Shown here one piece after another: positions 39,864 to 48,212 of a DNA stretch of 64,000 bases (the first letter of the stretch is position 1; every line of letters begins with the position of its first letter). The translations under genes and the position numbers were made by a program. Below the pieces are notes generated by a model. The model was given only the letters and a program-made list of their open reading frames with translations. It was not told the DNA's origin and did not search any database. Source of the DNA: Candidatus Hodarchaeota archaeon (GTDB lineage: Archaea > Asgardarchaeota > Lokiarchaeia > Sigyniarchaeales > SOKP01); assembly GCA_048886685.1 (NCBI GenBank), contig JBHLKM010000008.1, forward strand, positions 64,001 to 128,000, read 5' to 3'.

Positions 39864-40267
39864 AATTTTTTCAACCCCTTATACGTAGAATCTAACTTTT
39901 CAATTCGTTTTTGATTTTCCATTGCAACTTCTAGTGATTCGAATGGATGTTTATATGGATTCTCTCCCTCTTTTACCTCAGGAAGTGTAATTTCAATAGT
40001 TATTGCATCTTCTGGACAATTATTGGTGCATTCCATACAGCCAATGCATTTTGGGGCGGCCGATCCTGCTACTAAATAATTCTTAGGTTTGTTAGGATCT
40101 GGTTTCATATAAGCACCTGAAACTTTTGGGTAGGAGTGGACATGAAAAACTCCTTGGGGGCATTTTGTATAACATTTATAGTTGCATATCATGGGTAATT
40201 GACATTTTTCTCTATCTACTTTAATTCTTATAACCGGTATATCCAAATTTTTTATTTGTATTGCCAT
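39860..40267 (-). CDS. Ferredoxin-like 4Fe-4S protein
   Basis: KCQ...C..KC..KCP and CIGCMECTNNCP; GAGGTGA SD supports ATG at 40267. Confidence 0.85.
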   Translation of the reverse strand: MAIQIKNLDIPVIRIKVDREKCQLPMICNYKCYTKCPQGVFHVHSYPKVSGAYMKPDPNKPKNYLVAGSAAPKCIGCMECTNNCPEDAITIEITLPEVKEGENPYKHPFESLEVAMENQKRIEKLDSTYKGLKKL

Positions 40268-40278
40268 ATAATCACCTC

Positions 40279-41142
40279 TTACCAATCATATCTTAGAATA
40301 GGGAAATCCCGCCTATTTTTCAGTTCAATCGCATCAAATTCGCAAACACTATCACAAAGACCGCATCCAAAACACATCTGAGCGTCAATTTGTACCCTTT
40401 TTTGTCTAATGTCAGCAGCTATAGCCCCAAATTGACATCTTTGAACACATTTAAAGCATCCAGTACATTTTTCCATATTATGGATTGCAACTCTTTCACC
40501 TTTTATTAGCTGTTTTTCACCATAACGCAACCTATTCTCGATCGATGCACAATCTGGTCGTGAACAATTACAAAGACCTCCGATATAGGGCCCTCCATTC
40601 CTCTCTCCAAAATTCATCAAATTTTGAACCAGTCCTTTCTTATTCCATTTAATTACCCACTCTCGTGCTTCATCGTGATCCACCCATTCTGCTCCTGCTA
40701 CATATCGTGCAGGAGTTCTTTCCCATCTATACATTCCAATCCCGAGACCTAAGCAAGTCATTTTGGAGCGATCTCTCTCCACATAGCCAAATTTGAATTT
40801 CCTACATTCGCAATGAATAAAACAGATTGGTGAACTTATATCTATAAGGTCTAATGCATCTTGAAGAGTAAGTACTTGAGCACCTTGAACCTTAGTATGC
40901 AACCGATTTGCAGCTCGCATAAGATCAGGAAATCTCTCATCTTTAAGATTATATGCATCTATTGCCTGAGCAACAAGCGGACCTGCAGCTGCCTCAATAG
41001 CCGCAGTTCCACCTTTTATACGTTTTATATTCTTTTTTGTTTGGTCTACACGATTCCGATGATACATGAATCGAGCGTATCGCTTTGCATCTTTAAACCA
41101 AATTTTTGCACTTTCATTATGGGTGAAACATATGTCGCACAT
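40279..41142 (-). CDS. Multi-Cys 4Fe-4S protein
   Basis: MCDIC..H N-terminus, CECR, GLVQ, LCNC, two CxxCxxCxxxC motifs; ATG at 41142. Confidence 0.85.
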   Translation of the reverse strand: MCDICFTHNESAKIWFKDAKRYARFMYHRNRVDQTKKNIKRIKGGTAAIEAAAGPLVAQAIDAYNLKDERFPDLMRAANRLHTKVQGAQVLTLQDALDLIDISSPICFIHCECRKFKFGYVERDRSKMTCLGLGIGMYRWERTPARYVAGAEWVDHDEAREWVIKWNKKGLVQNLMNFGERNGGPYIGGLCNCSRPDCASIENRLRYGEKQLIKGERVAIHNMEKCTGCFKCVQRCQFGAIAADIRQKRVQIDAQMCFGCGLCDSVCEFDAIELKNRRDFPILRYDW

Positions 41143-41376
41143 TTCTTTCTTCCCCTTTCTTTTCAATATAAAATTTTGCTAATTTTTATTAAATCATATT
41201 TAATTTTGGTAAAATATAATACTTTTGATTTACCTTAATATCAATTCCCTTTATATTATTCACGCGAAAAATCATCCTAATAATTTTAAGAAAATTTAGC
41301 ATTAAATGTTTAAATATTTTGGGAGATAAAATCAGTTAATAAAACAAAAAAAATACATAAAAAAGGTGAGAAGAAA

Positions 41377-42132
41377 ATTTCATTTGAAACAGTTCTTTAT
41401 GAAAGCAATAAGGAAACTAAAGTGGGGTATATAACTTTAAACAGACCTGAAAAACATAATGCATTAAGTTATCAACTACTTGACGATATAGATGCCGTTT
41501 TTGATCATGCGGAAGCAGATAACAATGTAAATGTTATCGTACTAAAAGGTGCAGGCAAAAGTTTTTGTTCTGGCTTTGATACAAAGGGGTCATATTATAT
41601 AACGCCTCCTGAAGGTGGTTGGAAATATAAGAATTCTTACGATATACTACGTAAAAAAATTTATGCGAAGTATCCGCGTATATTTAATTTCCCTAAGGTA
41701 ACAATCGCTCAAATTCATGGGCATTGTACTGATGCGGGATGTTATCTTCAACTTTGCTGTGATATTTCAGTTGCCGCTGAAGATGCTGTATTAGGACATC
41801 CTGCTCAATTATGGGGTGGTTCACAAAGCTTACCGCTATGGCAGTTTTACTTAGGCGTTAAAAAAGCACGATATCTTTTAATGAGTGGGAGAAGAATTTC
41901 AGGAAAGGAAGCTGCAGAAATGGGGCTTGTGAGTATAAGTGTCCCACGAGATAAACTCGATGAAGAAGTAAATAAATTAGCGGGAGAAATTGCCAAGATA
42001 CCACCTTGGGGAGCTTTGCACAATAAACTTGCGATGAATACTGATCTTAAAATTCGAGGTATTGATGCCTTATTTGAATACTATGGTCAGATGAATAGAT
42101 TCGGTAGATTTGTTCCGGGAAGATCACGTTGA
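41377..42132 (+). CDS. Crotonase-family protein lacking canonical catalytic Glu residues (probable ATT start; ORF track gives 41422)
   Basis: LNRPEKHNAL, FCSGFD, PKVTIAQIHG; in-frame SFETVLYE upstream of the GTG, behind an AGGTGA SD. Confidence 0.85.
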   Translation: MSFETVLYESNKETKVGYITLNRPEKHNALSYQLLDDIDAVFDHAEADNNVNVIVLKGAGKSFCSGFDTKGSYYITPPEGGWKYKNSYDILRKKIYAKYPRIFNFPKVTIAQIHGHCTDAGCYLQLCCDISVAAEDAVLGHPAQLWGGSQSLPLWQFYLGVKKARYLLMSGRRISGKEAAEMGLVSISVPRDKLDEEVNKLAGEIAKIPPWGALHNKLAMNTDLKIRGIDALFEYYGQMNRFGRFVPGRSR

Positions 42133-42238
42133 GACTAAATATCACCTGATAACTATAATAAAATTATTTTTAACCAATTTTTTTAAAAGATATTATAATT
42201 TAAATTATTATTAGTAGAAAAGGAGGTTTTTATAGAAA

Positions 42239-43072
42239 ATGGAATATGAACAAATAATTTTTGAAACTTCAGAGGAGATTGCTACGATTACTCTAAATAG
42301 ACCAGAACGTTTGAATGCATGGACGTGGCAGATGGGCATGGAGGTGTGGGATGCACTGATGAAAGTGGAAGATGACCCTAATCTACGTGTTACAATTCTA
42401 ACTGGAGCAGGGAGGGGTTTTTGTGCAGGTGCAGATTTATCAGGAGGTGGTTCTACCTTTGATCCCTCAAAGCGTTCACGTGAAGAGCAAGAACAAAGAG
42501 ATAGGCGTGGAATAGCAATAAGTAGGTATTTTTCATTAAAGAAACCTGTAATAGTTGCGATTAATGGCCCAACTGTCGGGGTAGGTGTCACATTTATTCT
42601 ACCTTTTGACATCAGAATCGCATCTGAGAGTGCTCGTATAGGAATTGTCTTTAATCGACGTGGTGTTATACCTGAAATCGCCTGTCCTTGGATATTACCT
42701 CGTATCGTTGGGCTAAGTCGTGCTGCTGAACTAATGTATACTGGGAGAATATTAAATGCTCAAGAATCTTTAGAATTTGGACTCGTTAGTCGAGTTGTAC
42801 CAGATGATAAATTAATGGAGACCGCCCAAGAAATCGCTGATGAAATATTATTAAATGCACCTGTGAGTGTTGCTCTTACAAAAGTGATGTTATATCAATT
42901 TCTTACTGAACCAGACGCAGAGAAGGCAGAGAGGATTAACCACCGATATTTTACATGGACGGGATTGCAGCCAGATGCGCGTGAAGGAGTGATGTCTTTC
43001 CTTCAAAAGAGAAGACCTGAATGGAAATTAAAAGTACCTGGAGACTTACCTGATTTTTTCCCATTAGAGTGA
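42239..43072 (+). CDS. Enoyl-CoA hydratase/isomerase family protein
   Basis: LNRPERLNA, FCAGADL, KPVIVAING, RRGVIPE. Confidence 0.93.
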   Translation: MEYEQIIFETSEEIATITLNRPERLNAWTWQMGMEVWDALMKVEDDPNLRVTILTGAGRGFCAGADLSGGGSTFDPSKRSREEQEQRDRRGIAISRYFSLKKPVIVAINGPTVGVGVTFILPFDIRIASESARIGIVFNRRGVIPEIACPWILPRIVGLSRAAELMYTGRILNAQESLEFGLVSRVVPDDKLMETAQEIADEILLNAPVSVALTKVMLYQFLTEPDAEKAERINHRYFTWTGLQPDAREGVMSFLQKRRPEWKLKVPGDLPDFFPLE

Positions 43073-43079
43073 AATTAAA

Positions 43080-43436
43080 ATGTGTGCAAAGTTTAGGGGT
43101 ATCCCCGCATTAATATATTCAGGACTATGGAGACGGCAAATATTTGGGAAATTAAAAAATGATTTTCCAGAACGAATTGAATTCGTGGTGTTTATAAAAG
43201 ATCAACCCCCTGCCGTTTTGATTAAAATTGACAATGGAAATTTCGAGATGGAAAAATTAGAGGGAGTTAAGGAGATTTCAGAGTTAGAAAAAATGGAATG
43301 TGATGGATACTTTGCCGCATCTCAGAAATATGTTTTTGGAGGTCCTATTGCTTTACAGAAAGGGATTGAGGAGGGAAAAGTTAAAATGAAAAATGAAGCA
43401 ATTATCTTTTCAATATTACTTAGAATTAGAACTTAG
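43080..43436 (+). CDS. Small SCP2 (sterol carrier protein-2)-like protein
   Basis: 118 aa; VLIKIDNGNFEM...D......PI.L..GIEEGKVKM pattern resembling SCP2. Confidence 0.5.
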   Translation: MCAKFRGIPALIYSGLWRRQIFGKLKNDFPERIEFVVFIKDQPPAVLIKIDNGNFEMEKLEGVKEISELEKMECDGYFAASQKYVFGGPIALQKGIEEGKVKMKNEAIIFSILLRIRT

Positions 43437-43452
43437 ATAGGGGTGTTAAATT

Positions 43453-44610
43453 GTGATTAAAGTTCAAAAAATGTCAGCTCTTGAAAGAATAACAACAGTT
43501 CTAGAGGGAAAAATACCAGATAGAGTTCCCAGCTTTATCTTAGGTGGTGATTGTGATTTTGTATACAGATTTATGAATTCACCTTATAAACTTACAGAAG
43601 AGGATATGAAACTATTAGATAATGATCGGATTTCTTTTATGATTCCTTTTATCCATTCAATAGTTGCTAAATTTTCTCCTCCTGATATTTTTCCTGGAGG
43701 TCTCGATGCTAAAATTGATATGTGTTGGAGTACGACTGGTGGGGGATTCATACAATTAAGCTTCACCGATCAAGTCTTAACTAATAATGGTGGCACGTTT
43801 GATGCGGTTGTAAAAGAAGATGGAATACCACACTTCTGGTTTACGGGACCGGCACTATTAAAAAAAGAATATATAGAAGAATATTGGGAAAGGGAAAAAA
43901 ATTTGAAACCAAATCCCGCAGCCTTTCAAAATTTATCTAGAATTAGGAAAACTATGTTAGAGAAATATGATATTGTAGTTTCTCAGGGAATAACTGGTCC
44001 ATTTGAGAACTGTGTGTTTGGGATAGGACATGCAAATTTCGCTCGTTTTGCGAGGAAAGATCCAAGTTTCCTTCAACAACATATGGATTTCCAATGGGAA
44101 ACGATTGAAGAACCCTCTTTGAAGTTGTTAATGAAGCAAAAACCTGATGTGGTAATGTGTGGAGATGACTATGGTTTTAATGCAGGATTACAAATGAATG
44201 TTAAAAACTGGCGTAAATTTATTAAACCAAAATTAGCAGAATATGTTAAATATGCTCATGATGGTGCTGCTAAGTTTGTTATACATAGTTGTGGTAATAT
44301 AGCTGAGATATTCCCTGATTTTGTTGAAATTGGAATTGATGGGGTAGAATCTTTAAAACCAAAAAATAACGATTTAAAAATGTATAGAGAAAAATATCCT
44401 GAAATTACATTGATTGGTACTGTTGATGATTCAGAAATGTTAAAATATGAATCACCTGGATTTATTAGAAATTCAATTCGAGATGATATTCAAACTTTAG
44501 GAAAGAAAGGTGGCTATATACCGGGTCCAACAAATTTCTTATTGGATCAACCCCCTGAAAACATAGTTGCTCTATTTAAAGCGATACAGGATTACGGAAA
44601 AATATATTAA
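43453..44610 (+). CDS. UroD/MtaA-CmuA family TIM-barrel protein
   Basis: ERI...LEG..PDRVP, GPFE, GDDYG, HSCGNI, GGYI. Confidence 0.85.
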   Translation: MIKVQKMSALERITTVLEGKIPDRVPSFILGGDCDFVYRFMNSPYKLTEEDMKLLDNDRISFMIPFIHSIVAKFSPPDIFPGGLDAKIDMCWSTTGGGFIQLSFTDQVLTNNGGTFDAVVKEDGIPHFWFTGPALLKKEYIEEYWEREKNLKPNPAAFQNLSRIRKTMLEKYDIVVSQGITGPFENCVFGIGHANFARFARKDPSFLQQHMDFQWETIEEPSLKLLMKQKPDVVMCGDDYGFNAGLQMNVKNWRKFIKPKLAEYVKYAHDGAAKFVIHSCGNIAEIFPDFVEIGIDGVESLKPKNNDLKMYREKYPEITLIGTVDDSEMLKYESPGFIRNSIRDDIQTLGKKGGYIPGPTNFLLDQPPENIVALFKAIQDYGKIY

Positions 44611-44680
44611 GTATAAGTTTTTTTTTAATAGAATATAATTATAATCACTTATAAGTATCAAAATAACTAGATGAATTTTA

Positions 44681-45733
44681 ATGGTTATTGAGACGAATAT
44701 AACTAAGATGCTTGGAATTAAGCATCCTATAATTTCAGCTCCAATGGGTCCATTTTTTACGACTGAACTAACTATAGCTGTTTCAGAAGCTGGAGGTCTT
44801 GGAGTATTGAGTCATACTGGTTTACTCAGCGAATTTCAAGCTCGTAGATTTCCTACAGAGATAATGAAAGAGAATATGCTTAATGTGATTGAACATACTG
44901 ATAAACCTTTTGGTTTTAATATCAGAACTTCCCGAACTGAGCAAAGTGGGGCGAGAATTTGTAAAGAAATTCCAAAATTCCTATTAGAAAATCAAAGGGT
45001 TCGAGAACAATGCGTATATGTTGTAACTAGTGCAGGGTCTTCAAGAATCTTGCCTGAATCAAAATCTTTCCAAAAATTGAGGGAAAACGGTTCAAGTATC
45101 AAACATTTTCATGTTGCCCCTGCACTTTGGCTTGCAGATAAATGTGTTGCTACAGGTGTGGATGGTTTGGTGATTACTGGTGGTGAAGGAGGGGGACATC
45201 AATCATATGAAAGAGTAAGTACTCTTGTTTTGTTGCAACAGGTTATACAGAAATATCCAGATTATCCTGTTGTGGCATGCGGTGGATTTGCAACGGGGCA
45301 AGGTCTTGCGTCTGCTTTAGCCATGGGTGCTGGGGCTGTTGCGATGGGCTCACGGTTTATTGCATCTAATGAAAGTGAATTTCATGATACCTATAAGAAT
45401 ATAGTTCCTCCCGCAAAAGCTCAAGATACAATACTAACTACTGGTGCATTAGGGCTTATTCGCTTATGGAAAAATGAATATTCACTCCATCATGAACTTG
45501 TTGCAAATAAAGAAGAAAAATTGGCTCAAGAAGCAGCAATTACTCCAGAAGAAGCAACTGAAATAGCAGAAAAATACGAATTAGCCTACCGAGGCAATAT
45601 CAACGACGGTGCGGTGCCTCTAGGACAAAGCATTGGAGCTATTGATAAAATTGAAGATGTATCTAGTATTATTGATAGGATAATTAAGCATGCGGAAAAA
45701 AACTTGAGAAAAGTCTATTCTTATTTAAAGTAA
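44681..45733 (+). CDS. FabK/nitronate monooxygenase-like FMN oxidoreductase
   Basis: LGIKHPII.APMG, AVSEAGGLGVL, GGEGGGH, GGFATG.GLA.AL.MGA..V.MGSRF. Confidence 0.9.
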   Translation: MVIETNITKMLGIKHPIISAPMGPFFTTELTIAVSEAGGLGVLSHTGLLSEFQARRFPTEIMKENMLNVIEHTDKPFGFNIRTSRTEQSGARICKEIPKFLLENQRVREQCVYVVTSAGSSRILPESKSFQKLRENGSSIKHFHVAPALWLADKCVATGVDGLVITGGEGGGHQSYERVSTLVLLQQVIQKYPDYPVVACGGFATGQGLASALAMGAGAVAMGSRFIASNESEFHDTYKNIVPPAKAQDTILTTGALGLIRLWKNEYSLHHELVANKEEKLAQEAAITPEEATEIAEKYELAYRGNINDGAVPLGQSIGAIDKIEDVSSIIDRIIKHAEKNLRKVYSYLK

Positions 45734-45900
45734 ATTTTATTTTTTCTTTTTTAGCTTTTTTTAAAGAACTACCTTGAAGTGAATACTTTAAAATTAATAA
45801 CTGAAGGATTCTAGAATAACTTTAATAAAACTATATATTTACAAAAAACAAAATAAATTCTAAAAAATCTAAAATTATCAATATTCTATTGGTAGATAAT

Positions 45901-48210
45901 ATGGTAAGTCAAGAAATAGATGATGAAGGAGTAAAAATTGTAAAAACTACTTCTGCCTTTGATTGCGGAGGTCGGTGTCTCTTAAGGTTTCATGTTAAGG
46001 ATGGAAAGGTTATAAGAGTAGAAGGTGATGATTTTCCTGATCCTGACCAACAGCTAAGAGCATGTTTAAGGTGTAGGTCAATCAGACAGTATATTTATCA
46101 TCCAGAAAGATTAAGATATCCCTTAAAAAGAGCTGGTCCAAAGGGTTCCGGCAAGTTTGAAAGGATTTCATGGGATGAAGCATTAGACACTATCGCAGAG
46201 AAATTAAAAGAAACTATAGAGAAATATGGAAATCAAAGCATCCTATATATTACTGGAGGAGGTTATTTAGGAGCTTTACATAGTGCCGGAGCGGCTTATG
46301 CAAGATTATTAAATGCACTTGGAGGATTTTCAAGCTCATACGGTAATATTTCTTCTCAAGGAGCTATTTTTGGAACTCAAGCGTCATACGGTTTTGGTCA
46401 GATTTTTGTTGGTAATAGTCGAGAAGACTGGTTGAATACCAAATTGATCATCTGTTGGGGCTGGGATCCCGCACGCCAGATTTCAGGGACAAATACGTTA
46501 TGGTGGCTAATTAAAGCTAAAGAAAATGGGGCTAAAGTTATTGTAATTGACCCACGTTATTCAGATACAGCTTTAGTGGTAGCAGATCAATGGATTCCTA
46601 TCATTCCTGGAACAGATACAGCTATGATGGCAGCCATGGCAAATGTTATGCTTCGAGAAAATTTATATGATCAGGAGTTTCTCGATAAATACACTCATGG
46701 TTTTGATAAATACAGAGATTATGTCTTGGGTGATGAAGATGGAATTCCAAAAACTCCCGAATGGGCTGAAAAAATTTGTGGCGTACCAGCTTCAACCATT
46801 GAGAATTTAGCTCGAGAATACGCCACAACTAAACCTGCAGCGTTAGAAGATTGCCAGGGCCCTGCTCGCTCAGCAATGGGTGGTCAATACACACGAGGAG
46901 CTATTACACTTTCTGCAATGACAGGAAATATCGGAAAACCTGGCGGAAGTGCTTGTGGTGGACTCCATGGGATTCCTTATGGTCATATGTTTAGGGGAAT
47001 TATAATTCCTCCAGGTGCTAATAAAGCATGGCCAAAAGGAAAATCCCTGAGAGGAAATATTAACCCAAGAGATCGTTTAGACACTCGAGTCCATGTAAAT
47101 AAGATCTTTGATGCCATTCTTAACGGTAAAGCAGGTGGATTTCCTATGGACGTTAAATTTGCTTGGTTCTGTGTATGTGATTTCTTAAACCAGATAGGAA
47201 ATGCGAATAAATCCGCAAAAGCTTTAAGTCGCGAAGATTTGTTTACTGTTGTTCCAGAATTATGGTTAACTCCTACTGCTCAATATGCTGATATCGTTCT
47301 TCCTGTAACTGGATTTCCGACAAGGAGTGAGCTTACAAGACCATGGCCCTCAGGACCTTATTTTGGTCATATGAATAAAGCTATTGAACCTATCGGTGAA
47401 TGTAAGGACGATATCGAAATAGCGGAATTATTAGCTGAGAGACTAGGTATTAAAAATTTTAAAAGAGAGGAACTTCTTGAACTATATTTAAAGAATCCCC
47501 AACTCGCTCCTGCGAAACCCCTTATAGATCAATATGTTGATATCAATGATAAATGGCTTCGCTTGCTCTCTCTCATGGCACAAGATGTTCGGGAAAATAT
47601 AAAAGATTATGATAAATATAAAAGAGAAGGAATCCATCGAGTCGAACTAAAAGAACCATATGTAGCATTTAAAAAGAATATAGATGATATTGAAAAAAAT
47701 CCATTCCCAACGCCTTCTGGGAAGATTGAGATATATTCCGATCAAATTGCAAGCTGGAATCGTCCTAATTGTCCACCTATTGCGAAATATGTACCAACAT
47801 GGGAAAATCGGGATGATCCCTTAGCAGAAAAATATCCACTTCAATTAATATCACCGCATCCAAGGCAACGGGTACATTCAGAACTCTATAAAATCGAATG
47901 GCTCATGGAAGCAATACCTCATCGTATGTGGATAAATCCTGCTGATGCAGAACCTAGAGGTATTAGAAATGGTGATATGTGTTTAGTCTTTAACGATAGA
48001 GGTACAGTAGCAATTGAAGCGTTTGTCACAAGAAGAATTATGACAGGTGTAGTTTGTATTTATGAAGGTGCCTGGTACAATCCTGATGAGAATGGAATAG
48101 ACAGGGGTGCTTGTGCAAATACCCTAACAAAGGATGAAATGGCTGAAGGTGGTGCGGCTGCGTTGAAAACATGTTTAGTTCAAGTAAAATTGGAGAAGGG
48201 AGGTGAATAA
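45901..48210 (+). CDS. DmsA-like molybdopterin oxidoreductase catalytic subunit, no Tat signal (paralog of 27000-29297)
   Basis: FDCGGRC, RLRYPLKR, ISWDEA, PGTD, YADIVLP; Ser ligand region YGNISSQG. Confidence 0.93.
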   Translation: MVSQEIDDEGVKIVKTTSAFDCGGRCLLRFHVKDGKVIRVEGDDFPDPDQQLRACLRCRSIRQYIYHPERLRYPLKRAGPKGSGKFERISWDEALDTIAEKLKETIEKYGNQSILYITGGGYLGALHSAGAAYARLLNALGGFSSSYGNISSQGAIFGTQASYGFGQIFVGNSREDWLNTKLIICWGWDPARQISGTNTLWWLIKAKENGAKVIVIDPRYSDTALVVADQWIPIIPGTDTAMMAAMANVMLRENLYDQEFLDKYTHGFDKYRDYVLGDEDGIPKTPEWAEKICGVPASTIENLAREYATTKPAALEDCQGPARSAMGGQYTRGAITLSAMTGNIGKPGGSACGGLHGIPYGHMFRGIIIPPGANKAWPKGKSLRGNINPRDRLDTRVHVNKIFDAILNGKAGGFPMDVKFAWFCVCDFLNQIGNANKSAKALSREDLFTVVPELWLTPTAQYADIVLPVTGFPTRSELTRPWPSGPYFGHMNKAIEPIGECKDDIEIAELLAERLGIKNFKREELLELYLKNPQLAPAKPLIDQYVDINDKWLRLLSLMAQDVRENIKDYDKYKREGIHRVELKEPYVAFKKNIDDIEKNPFPTPSGKIEIYSDQIASWNRPNCPPIAKYVPTWENRDDPLAEKYPLQLISPHPRQRVHSELYKIEWLMEAIPHRMWINPADAEPRGIRNGDMCLVFNDRGTVAIEAFVTRRIMTGVVCIYEGAWYNPDENGIDRGACANTLTKDEMAEGGAAALKTCLVQVKLEKGGE

Positions 48211-48212
48211 AG

